DNA of 64,000 nucleotides from Acholeplasmataceae bacterium (GCA_963667565.1 OY763415.1:960001-1024000); one strand, 5' to 3'; shown: positions 1 through 8,066, counted from the first letter of the stretch. The notes: generated from the letters alone by a model not told the origin. Translations and numbers: made by a program.

Positions 1-265
1 TATCTTAAAATTATTATACTACATAATTGTTATATTGTATAGTTCATATAAGAACCACAAGTAAATCTAAAAAGACTTTGTTATGATATTCATGACATAT
101 ATTGCAATCACTAGTGATATGTTTAAAAACAATTTATTGTATATGTTGTCTAAGATGTTATCATGTAGAGAACATTAATTTTAGTATCAAAATAAGTATT
201 TTCATACGCAATTCCTGTATGATTCAGAACACTATGTATATTTGTAAATGGTTTAATTTAGACAT

Positions 266-297
266 AAAAAAAGGCTTGATACCTTTGTATCAAACCT
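266..297 (-). terminator. Intrinsic terminator overlapping the leftmost att half-site (possibly the original tRNA-Leu terminator)
   Basis: Minus strand GGTTTGATAC-AAAG-GTATCAAGCC followed by T7. Confidence 0.7.
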
Positions 298-335
298 ATG
301 CTTCTTATATGTGTAACACTAACAATTTTGATACA
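286..335. other. att-like recombination site (P|P type), left island boundary
   Basis: 50-bp imperfect dyad TGTATCAA-N16-TG-N16-TTGATACA with central TG at 310-311. Confidence 0.8.
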
Positions 336-337
336 AA

Positions 338-391
338 TTAGCACCCCCCTATATTTTTTTTAGCACCCTTGTATCAAAATTTTAGCACCCC
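338..391 (+). repeat. Three TTAGCACCC direct repeats, 22-bp period
   Basis: Copies at 338, 360 and 382. Confidence 0.9.
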
Positions 392-441
392 TGAAAAATG
401 ACCTATTGGAGCGGTTTCTTTGCTGAAGAAATTTCTGTATC

Positions 442-807
442 TCAAACACTAGTGTTACTCTTTATTAAACTTTTAATTAAAACTACTGAATGTGTAGCAA
501 CAATAAATGGAAATGACACCATAAATAAAATTATGGGTAGTATGGAAAAGTCACCAACATTTGATGGCTCATTTGCTTGTATCGCGATATAAATGTAACT
601 ACCGAACATGATTGTTGATAATAAAGTCGATAGTAACAATAATTTACTATACTTTTGATTACCAAAAAAATAGAGACTATCCATCAATACTGTCATTATG
701 AAAATAATCCATATGGTTGTGTATGAGATAAATTTAACATTAAACATGATATAAACCATGAGAATAGTAATAAATAAAAATAGTGTGCTTAAAACTTTTT
801 TGTTCAT
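442..807 (-). CDS. Small integral membrane protein (about 4 TM segments)
   Basis: 121-aa hydrophobic ORF with AGGAG RBS, directly downstream of the 450-aa gene. Confidence 0.8.
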   Translation of the reverse strand: MNKKVLSTLFLFITILMVYIMFNVKFISYTTIWIIFIMTVLMDSLYFFGNQKYSKLLLLSTLLSTIMFGSYIYIAIQANEPSNVGDFSILPIILFMVSFPFIVATHSVVLIKSLIKSNTSV

Positions 808-819
808 TGTATTGACTCC

Positions 820-2172
820 TTAAGTTGTATAATAGTAAGCTCTGCTGCTCATCTCGATGATATAATCAGCAAATAACTTCGCAGTATATGCTCGAGTTTC
901 TAATGATGGCATATCACCAGTTAAAGGCATATAACTTCCTCTTAATAATCCAAATCCTAGGTACATATTTGCAACGTAGTACGTATAATTGATAATACTT
1001 CCATTAGAGATCTTTAGATTCATTGACTGATAGACCTCACTTCTAAATTTAGATTCAAGTGTTGAGCCTAGAGGATATTCCAATTCTAAAGTAACAGTAG
1101 AAATAAACATTTTATATCTATTAGGATAATAGTCATTGTCACCTTTAATTATATTATAATATGCACTTAAACTATCACCAACAGAATTTAAACTATAGTC
1201 TAAAAATGTTTTTGTGATATTCATTGCATCAATATCTGCTAATAGATCAGGTTCAGAAAAACCACTATTTAATACACCTGTAAATGTTTCAAAATCAATA
1301 CTATTATTTGTATATCCGCTGTAATAACCAGTATAGTAAGTTGGCAATGTGGATACATCGATACCACGGGAATGAATTGTTCTTGTGAATTGATGTAGGT
1401 CTCCTAACCATGACAACAAATCTCTTTGGTGATTATTTCCTAAAGTTACACTATTGCCTGTCTGATTATATATTCCATCCATTGAAGCAAACATATGAAG
1501 AACATCAATAAAACTATCTTGATTAAAAGGGTCAACCAATTTTAAATGCTTATCTTTATAAATAGTAGATACATATCCATAAACAGGATTCAATTGATTG
1601 GATCCTTGGAGAAATTGTGCAAAATACTCACTAAATTCTATACCTACTCCATCATTTTGATCCACATAAGTTATGAAATCTTGATCAATATTTCCTGCTA
1701 AATATTTCCAACCTCCAAAATATGAGTCATCAACATAATCTTTATTGATACCCCTCACATAACTTAGAATATAATTTGTATGGTCACCATTTGGATCATA
1801 TTCATTAGCTAAATTTTCCAATTCATTAATCATATATATAAGTGTATCAATGTCGTTATAGAGTCTTCTTTGCTCAACTATTTCTGTCACAAATTGATCT
1901 TCATAAAAATAATAATCATATGATGAGTAAACATATATTCCGATAAAATAATGCTTAGTTTCAGTTGAATAGACAGTTTTTCCTGTAGACTCAATAAATT
2001 CTCTCATCTCCAAATTAATATATACTTTCACACGTTTCATTACCGTTTCGGTTTGTGTATAAGTTCCCATGTCTTCTATACTAGTTAATTCATTTATTGC
2101 TGCGTAAGTTTTTGTGTTACTACTTATAATCATAATACATAATAAAGTAACAACTATTACTAATTTTTTCAT
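820..2172 (-). CDS. Secreted protein of unknown function
   Basis: MKK-hydrophobic-AxA signal peptide and strong RBS. Motifs IDVLHMFAS, DLLSWLGDL and DLLADIDAMNI recall the C-terminal region of YbfG/YkuG-like proteins (tentative). Confidence 0.8.
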   Translation of the reverse strand: MKKLVIVVTLLCIMIISSNTKTYAAINELTSIEDMGTYTQTETVMKRVKVYINLEMREFIESTGKTVYSTETKHYFIGIYVYSSYDYYFYEDQFVTEIVEQRRLYNDIDTLIYMINELENLANEYDPNGDHTNYILSYVRGINKDYVDDSYFGGWKYLAGNIDQDFITYVDQNDGVGIEFSEYFAQFLQGSNQLNPVYGYVSTIYKDKHLKLVDPFNQDSFIDVLHMFASMDGIYNQTGNSVTLGNNHQRDLLSWLGDLHQFTRTIHSRGIDVSTLPTYYTGYYSGYTNNSIDFETFTGVLNSGFSEPDLLADIDAMNITKTFLDYSLNSVGDSLSAYYNIIKGDNDYYPNRYKMFISTVTLELEYPLGSTLESKFRSEVYQSMNLKISNGSIINYTYYVANMYLGFGLLRGSYMPLTGDMPSLETRAYTAKLFADYIIEMSSRAYYYTT

Positions 2173-2273
2173 TTTTCTCCTCCTTTTGTTTTTTATTAAT
2201 CTTCAACAACTTCACTATTTTCAATTGGCACAGGTTTTAAATTAGATCCAAATGGTTCAACGCTGATTATAGT

Positions 2274-2321
2274 TCAAAATATGAATGTTATTACTAATAT
2301 ATAACTTATTATTTTTTTCAT
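2274..2321 (-). CDS. Short hydrophobic peptide MKKIISYILVITFIF (SHP-like candidate)
   Basis: AAGGAG RBS 8 nt before the ATG; divergent from the Rgg-like gene; absent from the ORF track. Confidence 0.45.
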   Translation of the reverse strand: MKKIISYILVITFIF

Positions 2322-2365
2322 ATCATTCACTCCTTATATCCATGATATAATAAAAATATCAAATG

Positions 2366-2386
2366 CGTGAGTGCATATTTGTCACG
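2366..2386. promoter_or_regulatory. Palindromic operator candidate CGTGA-N11-TCACG between divergent genes
   Basis: Dyad in the intergenic region; overlapping -10 boxes on both strands near 2342-2351. Confidence 0.5.
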
Positions 2387-2409
2387 TTTTTAGAAAAGAG
2401 GTTCATATT

Positions 2410-3327
2410 ATGGATTTTGTTATGCAAATAGCACATGCAATTGATACCTTACGTATCGACAGAAAGTTAACGGTTGAGTCATTATGTTTTGGGATTTGTG
2501 ATGCAAGTTCATATAGAAGATATAAATCTGGAGATAGAAATATACCCATTGAACGAATCAAACTTTTTTGTGACAAATTAGGCATTGGTTTAGATGAATT
2601 CTTATATAATCTATCTACTAAACACGATTTTGAATATCAGAAAATAAATAATCTTTATACTTTATTGTTAAATAAAAAGTATAAAGATATTTCAAATGAA
2701 CTTAAGCATATTCATATCAAAGACTTATCTTTAGAAAAACATATCACTTTTTATTACTTCATTCTATATACTTATCAGTTTGAAATAAATCAAATAAAGG
2801 TTGAAAACTATTATAAAAATCTAGAACATCTCCAAAAAAAAGTCAGTGGTTTTTATACATTTAATGATTTAATCATATTAGAAAAAATGGCATGGATTGA
2901 AGTTGATCGTCATGAAACTACATCTTTAGATCTTTTATCAAGTATCATTTTAAATCGAAAAACATTGTATGGATTATCTACTATGTATTCAACCTTAAGC
3001 TCTATCATGAGTAATATCGCGAATATGTATAATAAATTAGATTTATATGAGCAATCAAATAGCATTTGTGAAGCTGGTATTTTATATATGAAAAAATATA
3101 ATACTTATAAACATATCTATGTGTTATATTACTTATTAGCCTATAATCATAAAATGCTTGAAAACCTTGAATTATCCAATAAATATTTAGCAATGACACT
3201 TACCAATTTATTTAGTATAGATAATCAGAAAGAATACCAATATATCATTACTCTCATTAAAGATGAATTCAATCTTGATAAAGATGAGCTTATCAATATG
3301 GTATCTAAAATCATGATACATTACTAA
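2410..3327 (+). CDS. Rgg/RRNPP-like transcriptional regulator (XRE HTH plus helical TPR-like domain)
   Basis: N-terminal XRE HTH (LRIDRKLTVESLC...SSYRRYKSG), ~305 aa, Tyr/Leu-rich helical C-terminus; start placed at the ATG after the GAGG RBS. Confidence 0.75.
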   Translation: MDFVMQIAHAIDTLRIDRKLTVESLCFGICDASSYRRYKSGDRNIPIERIKLFCDKLGIGLDEFLYNLSTKHDFEYQKINNLYTLLLNKKYKDISNELKHIHIKDLSLEKHITFYYFILYTYQFEINQIKVENYYKNLEHLQKKVSGFYTFNDLIILEKMAWIEVDRHETTSLDLLSSIILNRKTLYGLSTMYSTLSSIMSNIANMYNKLDLYEQSNSICEAGILYMKKYNTYKHIYVLYYLLAYNHKMLENLELSNKYLAMTLTNLFSIDNQKEYQYIITLIKDEFNLDKDELINMVSKIMIHY

Positions 3328-3346
3328 CATACAGTCTAATAACACG

Positions 3347-3392
3347 ATTATAGAATAAATGATTAAAAGTTAATGTCCCGGATTTGCGACAT
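3347..3392 (-). promoter_or_regulatory. Operator AATGTCCCGGATTTGCGACAT plus -10 TATAAT, pointing antisense into the cassette A regulator
   Basis: 21-bp box identical to 8118-8138, with the same 19-bp spacing to a -10 hexamer. Confidence 0.6.
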
Positions 3393-3445
3393 CAGCTTTT
3401 TTATCTTATAGTAATTAGAATTTGATTATGTAGAATATATAATAA

Positions 3446-3537
3446 ATCGTGTAACTTTCAATTCATATCGTGTAAATATCAAATGTAATCGTGTAAATCC
3501 ACAAGCAAATCGTGTAAATCTGACTTTAAATCGTGTA
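3446..3537 (+). repeat. Five ATCGTGTA repeats, 21-bp period
   Basis: Copies at 3446, 3467, 3488, 3509 and 3530. Confidence 0.9.
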
Positions 3538-3674
3538 GAAAATTAGTCTTTTTTAATGTTTTTGACCTTATTCTATTCTATAAAATTGATCTACTATGGA
3601 TGGTGAAAGTCTAAAAAGGCTTTATTAAGGCGTAAAAAAGGACTGATAATAGGGAAAATTCAAGAATTTTCTTA

Positions 3675-3724
3675 TGTATCAATCCTGTTCTTCTTATATG
3701 TGTAACACTAACAATTTTGATACA
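3675..3724. other. att-like site (P|P type), cassette A/B junction
   Basis: TGTATCAATCCTGTTCTTCTTATA-TG-TGTAACACTAACAATTTTGATACA; the arms are 17/24 identical as an inverted repeat. Confidence 0.85.
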
Positions 3725-4279
3725 AATTAGCACCCCCCTCTTATTTTTTTAGCACCCTTGTATCAAAATTTTAGCACCCTTCCAAATATTTTTAGCACCC
3801 CTATCGATATTTTTTAGCACCCCTACCCAGAAAAATTAGCACCCCTATTTTTGCAGATTCAAATGTAGAGTTTAAATCTCACTAACTCCGTTGTGTAACA
3901 CTAACAATTTTGATACAAATTAGCACCCCCCTCTTATTTTTATAGCACCCTTGTATCAAAATTTTAGCACCCTTCCAAATATTTTTAGCACCCCTATCGA
4001 TATTTTTTAGCACCCCTACCCAGAAAAATTAGCACCCCTATTTTTGCAGATTCAAATGTAGAGTTTAAATCTCACTAACTCCGTTGTGTAACAATACTAA
4101 CTTTGATACAAATTAGCACCCGTCTTAATTTTTTTTAGCACCCTTGTATCAAAATTTTAGCACCCCTCCAAATATTTTTAGCACCCCTAGTCATATTTTT
4201 TAGCACCTCTGGCTTTAAATTTTAGCACCCTTATTTTTGTAGATCCAAATGTAGAGTTTTAATCTCACTAACTCGATTG
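3701..4279 (+). repeat. Three tandem 193-bp units, each a P half-site, six TTAGCACC repeats and a tRNA-mimic half-site
   Basis: Units 3701-3893, 3894-4086 and 4087-4279; the first two are nearly identical and the third is diverged. Confidence 0.9.
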
Positions 4280-4446
4280 TCTTTCATGATCTTTTTTAAC
4301 ACTATTACTATCCGTTAAATGGATTTATATTTACTGGAAAATAACGCATCATTACGAAATTTTACTATACAATCCCTCGTATAAACCAAAATTCCAGTGA
4401 TTAGAAAGAACAAGATAATGGAGCCTTAACGTACATCTTTGTATAT

Positions 4447-5145
4447 TTATGTTGTTAAAAATTCACGTATTGTAAATATTGGAATAGCAAAGACGTATCC
4501 ATATATTGGAGTTCCTTCATTGTCTAATATTCTAAGGGTTAATATCCCGATGAGTTTTCCATTAGAATCAACTAATGCACCACCACTGACTCCACTTGTT
4601 GATGTAGCATCAACTTGGATATATGTATTTTCAATCATATTGTTTATTATGTTGACCTTGCTTCTACTAATAATTCCAGAAGTTATGCTTATGCCTAAGT
4701 TATTAGCATTTCCTAATAAAATCACTGATTCTCCTTCGACAATATCACCATTTTGAAAACTTATGCTCTCACCTTTTTTATCTTCCATGGATAATAGTGC
4801 TAAATCTAGATTTTCATCATATTTAATAAGGGTGGCTGTTATATAATCACTCTCATCTACAAATCTAATTTCAAGTGACCTATGTATATTTGATACACCT
4901 TGATTTGTATAAGATATCACATGATAGTTGGTGATGAGTTCTGTTTCAGAAATAATCACTGCCGTTCCAAATGATTCTATCTCATCTGTCGTCGCTTTCA
5001 ATTCTACAACACTGTTCATATTTTTATCAAAGATTCTATCAGGTGTATTTTGTAATTCTAAAATATAGACACCAGTTAAACCAATAGCTAACAGTAATGA
5101 AATCATCGCTATGATAGGCGTGGCTTTACGCATACATCGCCTCAA
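4447..5145 (-). CDS. Membrane-anchored trypsin-like (HtrA-type, no PDZ) serine protease
   Basis: TNYHV, DLALL and GVSGG catalytic triad motifs; N-terminal TM segment. Confidence 0.85.
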   Translation of the reverse strand: MRRCMRKATPIIAMISLLLAIGLTGVYILELQNTPDRIFDKNMNSVVELKATTDEIESFGTAVIISETELITNYHVISYTNQGVSNIHRSLEIRFVDESDYITATLIKYDENLDLALLSMEDKKGESISFQNGDIVEGESVILLGNANNLGISITSGIISRSKVNIINNMIENTYIQVDATSTSGVSGGALVDSNGKLIGILTLRILDNEGTPIYGYVFAIPIFTIREFLTT

Positions 5146-5851
5146 AAATTAAAGTGATTTCATTTGGATAATTTTCGTAAATTGATAATGGATGTAAAAT
5201 CATGTTCAACTCATCAAAAGTATATGTCCCCGATAATTTAACTGATGAATCTATAATACTAGTCATAGAAAATTCACCGTTTTCAAATGTTATCATTATA
5301 CTTTCTTGTTCAAATTCTCCTTGAACCCTATGATAATAGTAATCATTTAAATCATCATTATTTAAATAAATACCATTGTCTTTAGATTGCCATGTATTAT
5401 AGAAATAGTTAAGTGGTTGAATATCCTCATCATAAACTCTTGTTAGTGTTTCATCAAATCCATTTAATATTGAGTCATTGAAGTCTTCTGTTGGAATACT
5501 TCTTTCAGTTAAAAACATTTTGTCGCCACTACTTTTAAAGAAACTGATATGTTCAAATGCTACATGAAGCACATATTGGTTTTGGCTAGATTCTGGAGGT
5601 GTGGTATATACTATCATAGCATCTTGCGGAATAAAATACTCAACAACATAATCATAAAGTACATCATCATGATCAATATATAATCTTCCATACGAGCTTA
5701 TGGAATATGCAATTTCTAGTCGAACAGTATTGTCTTCATTTTCATATATCAGCAGTTCTTCATTCACTATAGGATTAAAAATTACAGCAGTACATCCAAA
5801 CAACAAAAACATTGAAGTGATTAAAACAACTATCATAAATATTTTATTCAT
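5126..5851 (-). CDS. Lipoprotein of unknown function
   Basis: Signal peptide ending in lipobox LFGC. Confidence 0.7.
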   Translation of the reverse strand: MNKIFMIVVLITSMFLLFGCTAVIFNPIVNEELLIYENEDNTVRLEIAYSISSYGRLYIDHDDVLYDYVVEYFIPQDAMIVYTTPPESSQNQYVLHVAFEHISFFKSSGDKMFLTERSIPTEDFNDSILNGFDETLTRVYDEDIQPLNYFYNTWQSKDNGIYLNNDDLNDYYYHRVQGEFEQESIMITFENGEFSMTSIIDSSVKLSGTYTFDELNMILHPLSIYENYPNEITLIFEAMYA

Positions 5852-5855
5852 GTAA

Positions 5856-7412
5856 TCATCCTTTTATTGTGATTCCCGATATAAACTGATCATTCCTATT
5901 TGCATATGTAGCAAACAAACTATAGAAATTAGTTGTACTTTGTGTTTGATTGTTATATGCAGTTAATGATGTTTGATTTACGTAATCTCTTTTTACAAAA
6001 TAAGTATGCGCGGGAAGTGTATTAAAATCTGTAAAATCTGGTAAACCATTAAAAGTAGTTAATATAAAATATCCAAATGCTAATCTACCGCTATTAAAAT
6101 CATCATAACTTAAATAAGTAACATCCAATGATTCATACCCCAATACTTCTAAAACATCTGGTAGTCCATGCAAATGTTCAAGGTAAAAATCAGTCACTAA
6201 GTCTACTACTGCTACTGCAGCAACGATCGCTGCATTTACTGCAACCAAAGTAATATCATATTGTATAGGTAAAGAAGCCCAAATGAGCATATCTTGCCAC
6301 CATTTTGTAGATGCTTCAAGTTCGCTTTCTATAAGTTGTGTTGTTATAACTGCCGCAATTACAGGTGAAACTAAATGTAAAACAGGTTGCATCAATTGAA
6401 ACACAGCATTAACAGTATTTGACAATATGATCATCAAATCGTTATCTATAGGACTTACGCCTAAAAAGCCTAAACCTAAATCTGTATTCATTAACTCATT
6501 CAATAGAATTAATGAAGGTAAATCAGGTGTCCTATTTTGAGATATCAATAAGTTATATAAACTAATTATACCACATCCATTATTATTTAATGACTGAAAC
6601 CCAAATTGCCAGTTAGATAATAAATACTGATGATCAATATACTTCGTATCCGTAAGCAAGGCATTTGTTGGTATTGTCTGTCCTTTATTATGATTGTAAT
6701 TGTCGAATGCTTTTTCAGCTTTAACATACCACAATAAATAATGAAGCGGTCCATCTTCCCAAAAGTCAACTGGTACAATATCCTGTAATGAATTTATACT
6801 ATCTTCAACCAAAGTGTCTCCAGCATTAATTATCGATATGCTAATTTGTAAAATAGGTGTTGTTACATCGACAGTTGTTGATCCCCCTGTCCCTCCTCCT
6901 GCATCTAGTTCTAAAAAGAATCCACCGGAAATGGCTTGTTTTTCAAACACTTCATCCATCAAGTCAGATGCAAGAAATTTATGACCGAAAAATTCAAAAC
7001 TTATATCAACTCTATTTAAAGAATTATTAAAAAAAGGATATCCAATTAAATTAATTTGGTCTAATACTTCCAAATCTCTATTAAGTTTTGTCTTAATATA
7101 ATATATATTTAAATCACTAACAAAAGTTGCTTCAAAACTAACAAACAAACCATCCAAATTTACTGATTCTGTACTTAATAATTCAACATTATTTAGTAAT
7201 TTTACATCCTTAGTTCCATAAAATGTTGAATCCTTGTCATTAATACTTAGTTCGACATCATGATAATCATTCAAATAAGCTAGAGCATCAGTTTTTAACA
7301 TCTTATCATCATAAGACCTAGTGATATAATCCATATCATCAATTTGGTTAAATATTGAAAAAACAAATACACCTATTAAAAACACTAAAATACTACTTAA
7401 AATCTTTTTCAT
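5856..7412 (-). CDS. Secreted or membrane protein with a putative papain-like (C39-like) peptidase domain
   Basis: N-terminal signal; NNGCGIISLYN (Cys), AHTYFV (His) and LTAYN motifs; long hydrophobic insert. Confidence 0.6.
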   Translation of the reverse strand: MKKILSSILVFLIGVFVFSIFNQIDDMDYITRSYDDKMLKTDALAYLNDYHDVELSINDKDSTFYGTKDVKLLNNVELLSTESVNLDGLFVSFEATFVSDLNIYYIKTKLNRDLEVLDQINLIGYPFFNNSLNRVDISFEFFGHKFLASDLMDEVFEKQAISGGFFLELDAGGGTGGSTTVDVTTPILQISISIINAGDTLVEDSINSLQDIVPVDFWEDGPLHYLLWYVKAEKAFDNYNHNKGQTIPTNALLTDTKYIDHQYLLSNWQFGFQSLNNNGCGIISLYNLLISQNRTPDLPSLILLNELMNTDLGLGFLGVSPIDNDLMIILSNTVNAVFQLMQPVLHLVSPVIAAVITTQLIESELEASTKWWQDMLIWASLPIQYDITLVAVNAAIVAAVAVVDLVTDFYLEHLHGLPDVLEVLGYESLDVTYLSYDDFNSGRLAFGYFILTTFNGLPDFTDFNTLPAHTYFVKRDYVNQTSLTAYNNQTQSTTNFYSLFATYANRNDQFISGITIKG

Positions 7413-7451
7413 TTTTCTTTCTCCTTCTTTTATTTGTTATGATTTAGTTCA

Positions 7452-8066
7452 TCATTCTTTGATGATATCTAGTAATATTTGCTCTAAATTAATTAAATCA
7501 AACTCACTTATCCTTGTTCCTTCACTTAATCCTTGATTCATGATACTGCCTTGATGCAAATTATCATCTAATCCTAACGCATGTCCTAATTCATGTGATA
7601 AGATGTGAACTTGTTCACTCACTGTTAGATTGTCGAAATAATATACATTTACAACAATGTAGTTGATATCACCTGTATAAATATATCTAGCAAGAACTTG
7701 GTTATCACCTAGGTTTTCTTCTAACAACTCAACATCATAAGCTTCATCATTCATTTCTAGATGCACTAAATTGTAAACATTCCACGACTCAATTGCTTGA
7801 TTTAGAATGCTTTCATACTGTTCTAATCCTTTAATCAAAAGGTATGCTTCATCATTGATCATACGAATAGATGATATATCTACACTATAGTCTCCATCGA
7901 TATCATCATGGCTACAACTAGTATCTACTATGGTCATATCGCACATCATGGTAATCGGACCTTTTCCTGGAATGTTAACATCTTCTATACATGCTTGAAC
8001 ACTCACACCATTAGAATATAGTAATAAAATCACAAACAATAAAACTATACTTTTCTTCAAATTCAT
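7452..8066 (-). CDS. Secreted matrixin-like zinc metalloprotease
   Basis: HELGHALGLDD zincin motif followed by an SIM Met-turn; signal peptide. Confidence 0.85.
   Translation of the reverse strand: MNLKKSIVLLFVILLLYSNGVSVQACIEDVNIPGKGPITMMCDMTIVDTSCSHDDIDGDYSVDISSIRMINDEAYLLIKGLEQYESILNQAIESWNVYNLVHLEMNDEAYDVELLEENLGDNQVLARYIYTGDINYIVVNVYYFDNLTVSEQVHILSHELGHALGLDDNLHQGSIMNQGLSEGTRISEFDLINLEQILLDIIKE

Larger units (their letters stand above)
312..3700. mobile_element. Cassette A (3.4 kb, no recombinase gene)
   Basis: Lies between att cores at 310-311 and 3699-3700, with a TTAGCACCC arm on the left and an ATCGTGTA arm on the right. Confidence 0.75.

Noticed and set aside
45..70. Inverted att-like core CATATAAGAA
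   Set aside because: The outer TTGATACA motif and a partner half-site are missing, so this is plausibly chance in very AT-rich DNA.
312..391. Tn7/Mu-like transposon end (TGT start plus repeated binding sites)
   Set aside because: There is no DDE transposase, TnsC or TniQ in the window, no matching inverted end and no target duplication. The 24-2-24 dyad fits serine recombinase sites better.
102..592. ORFs 102-341 and 398-592 (and the copy at 9725-9919)
   Set aside because: They have no RBS, cross att/terminator sequence or lie antisense to a better gene.
3865..3893. Conventional duplicated tRNA 3' end (tyrosine-integrase attR) or an extra tRNA gene
   Set aside because: Only the T-arm-like 14 nt match, the orientation is opposite to the tRNA, and the acceptor stem and CCA are absent.
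3446..4279. CRISPR array
   Set aside because: The repeats are 8-9 bp with a 21-22 bp period, and the 193-bp units have no unique spacers. There is no cas operon; the Cas4-like gene is a normal phage replication-module nuclease.
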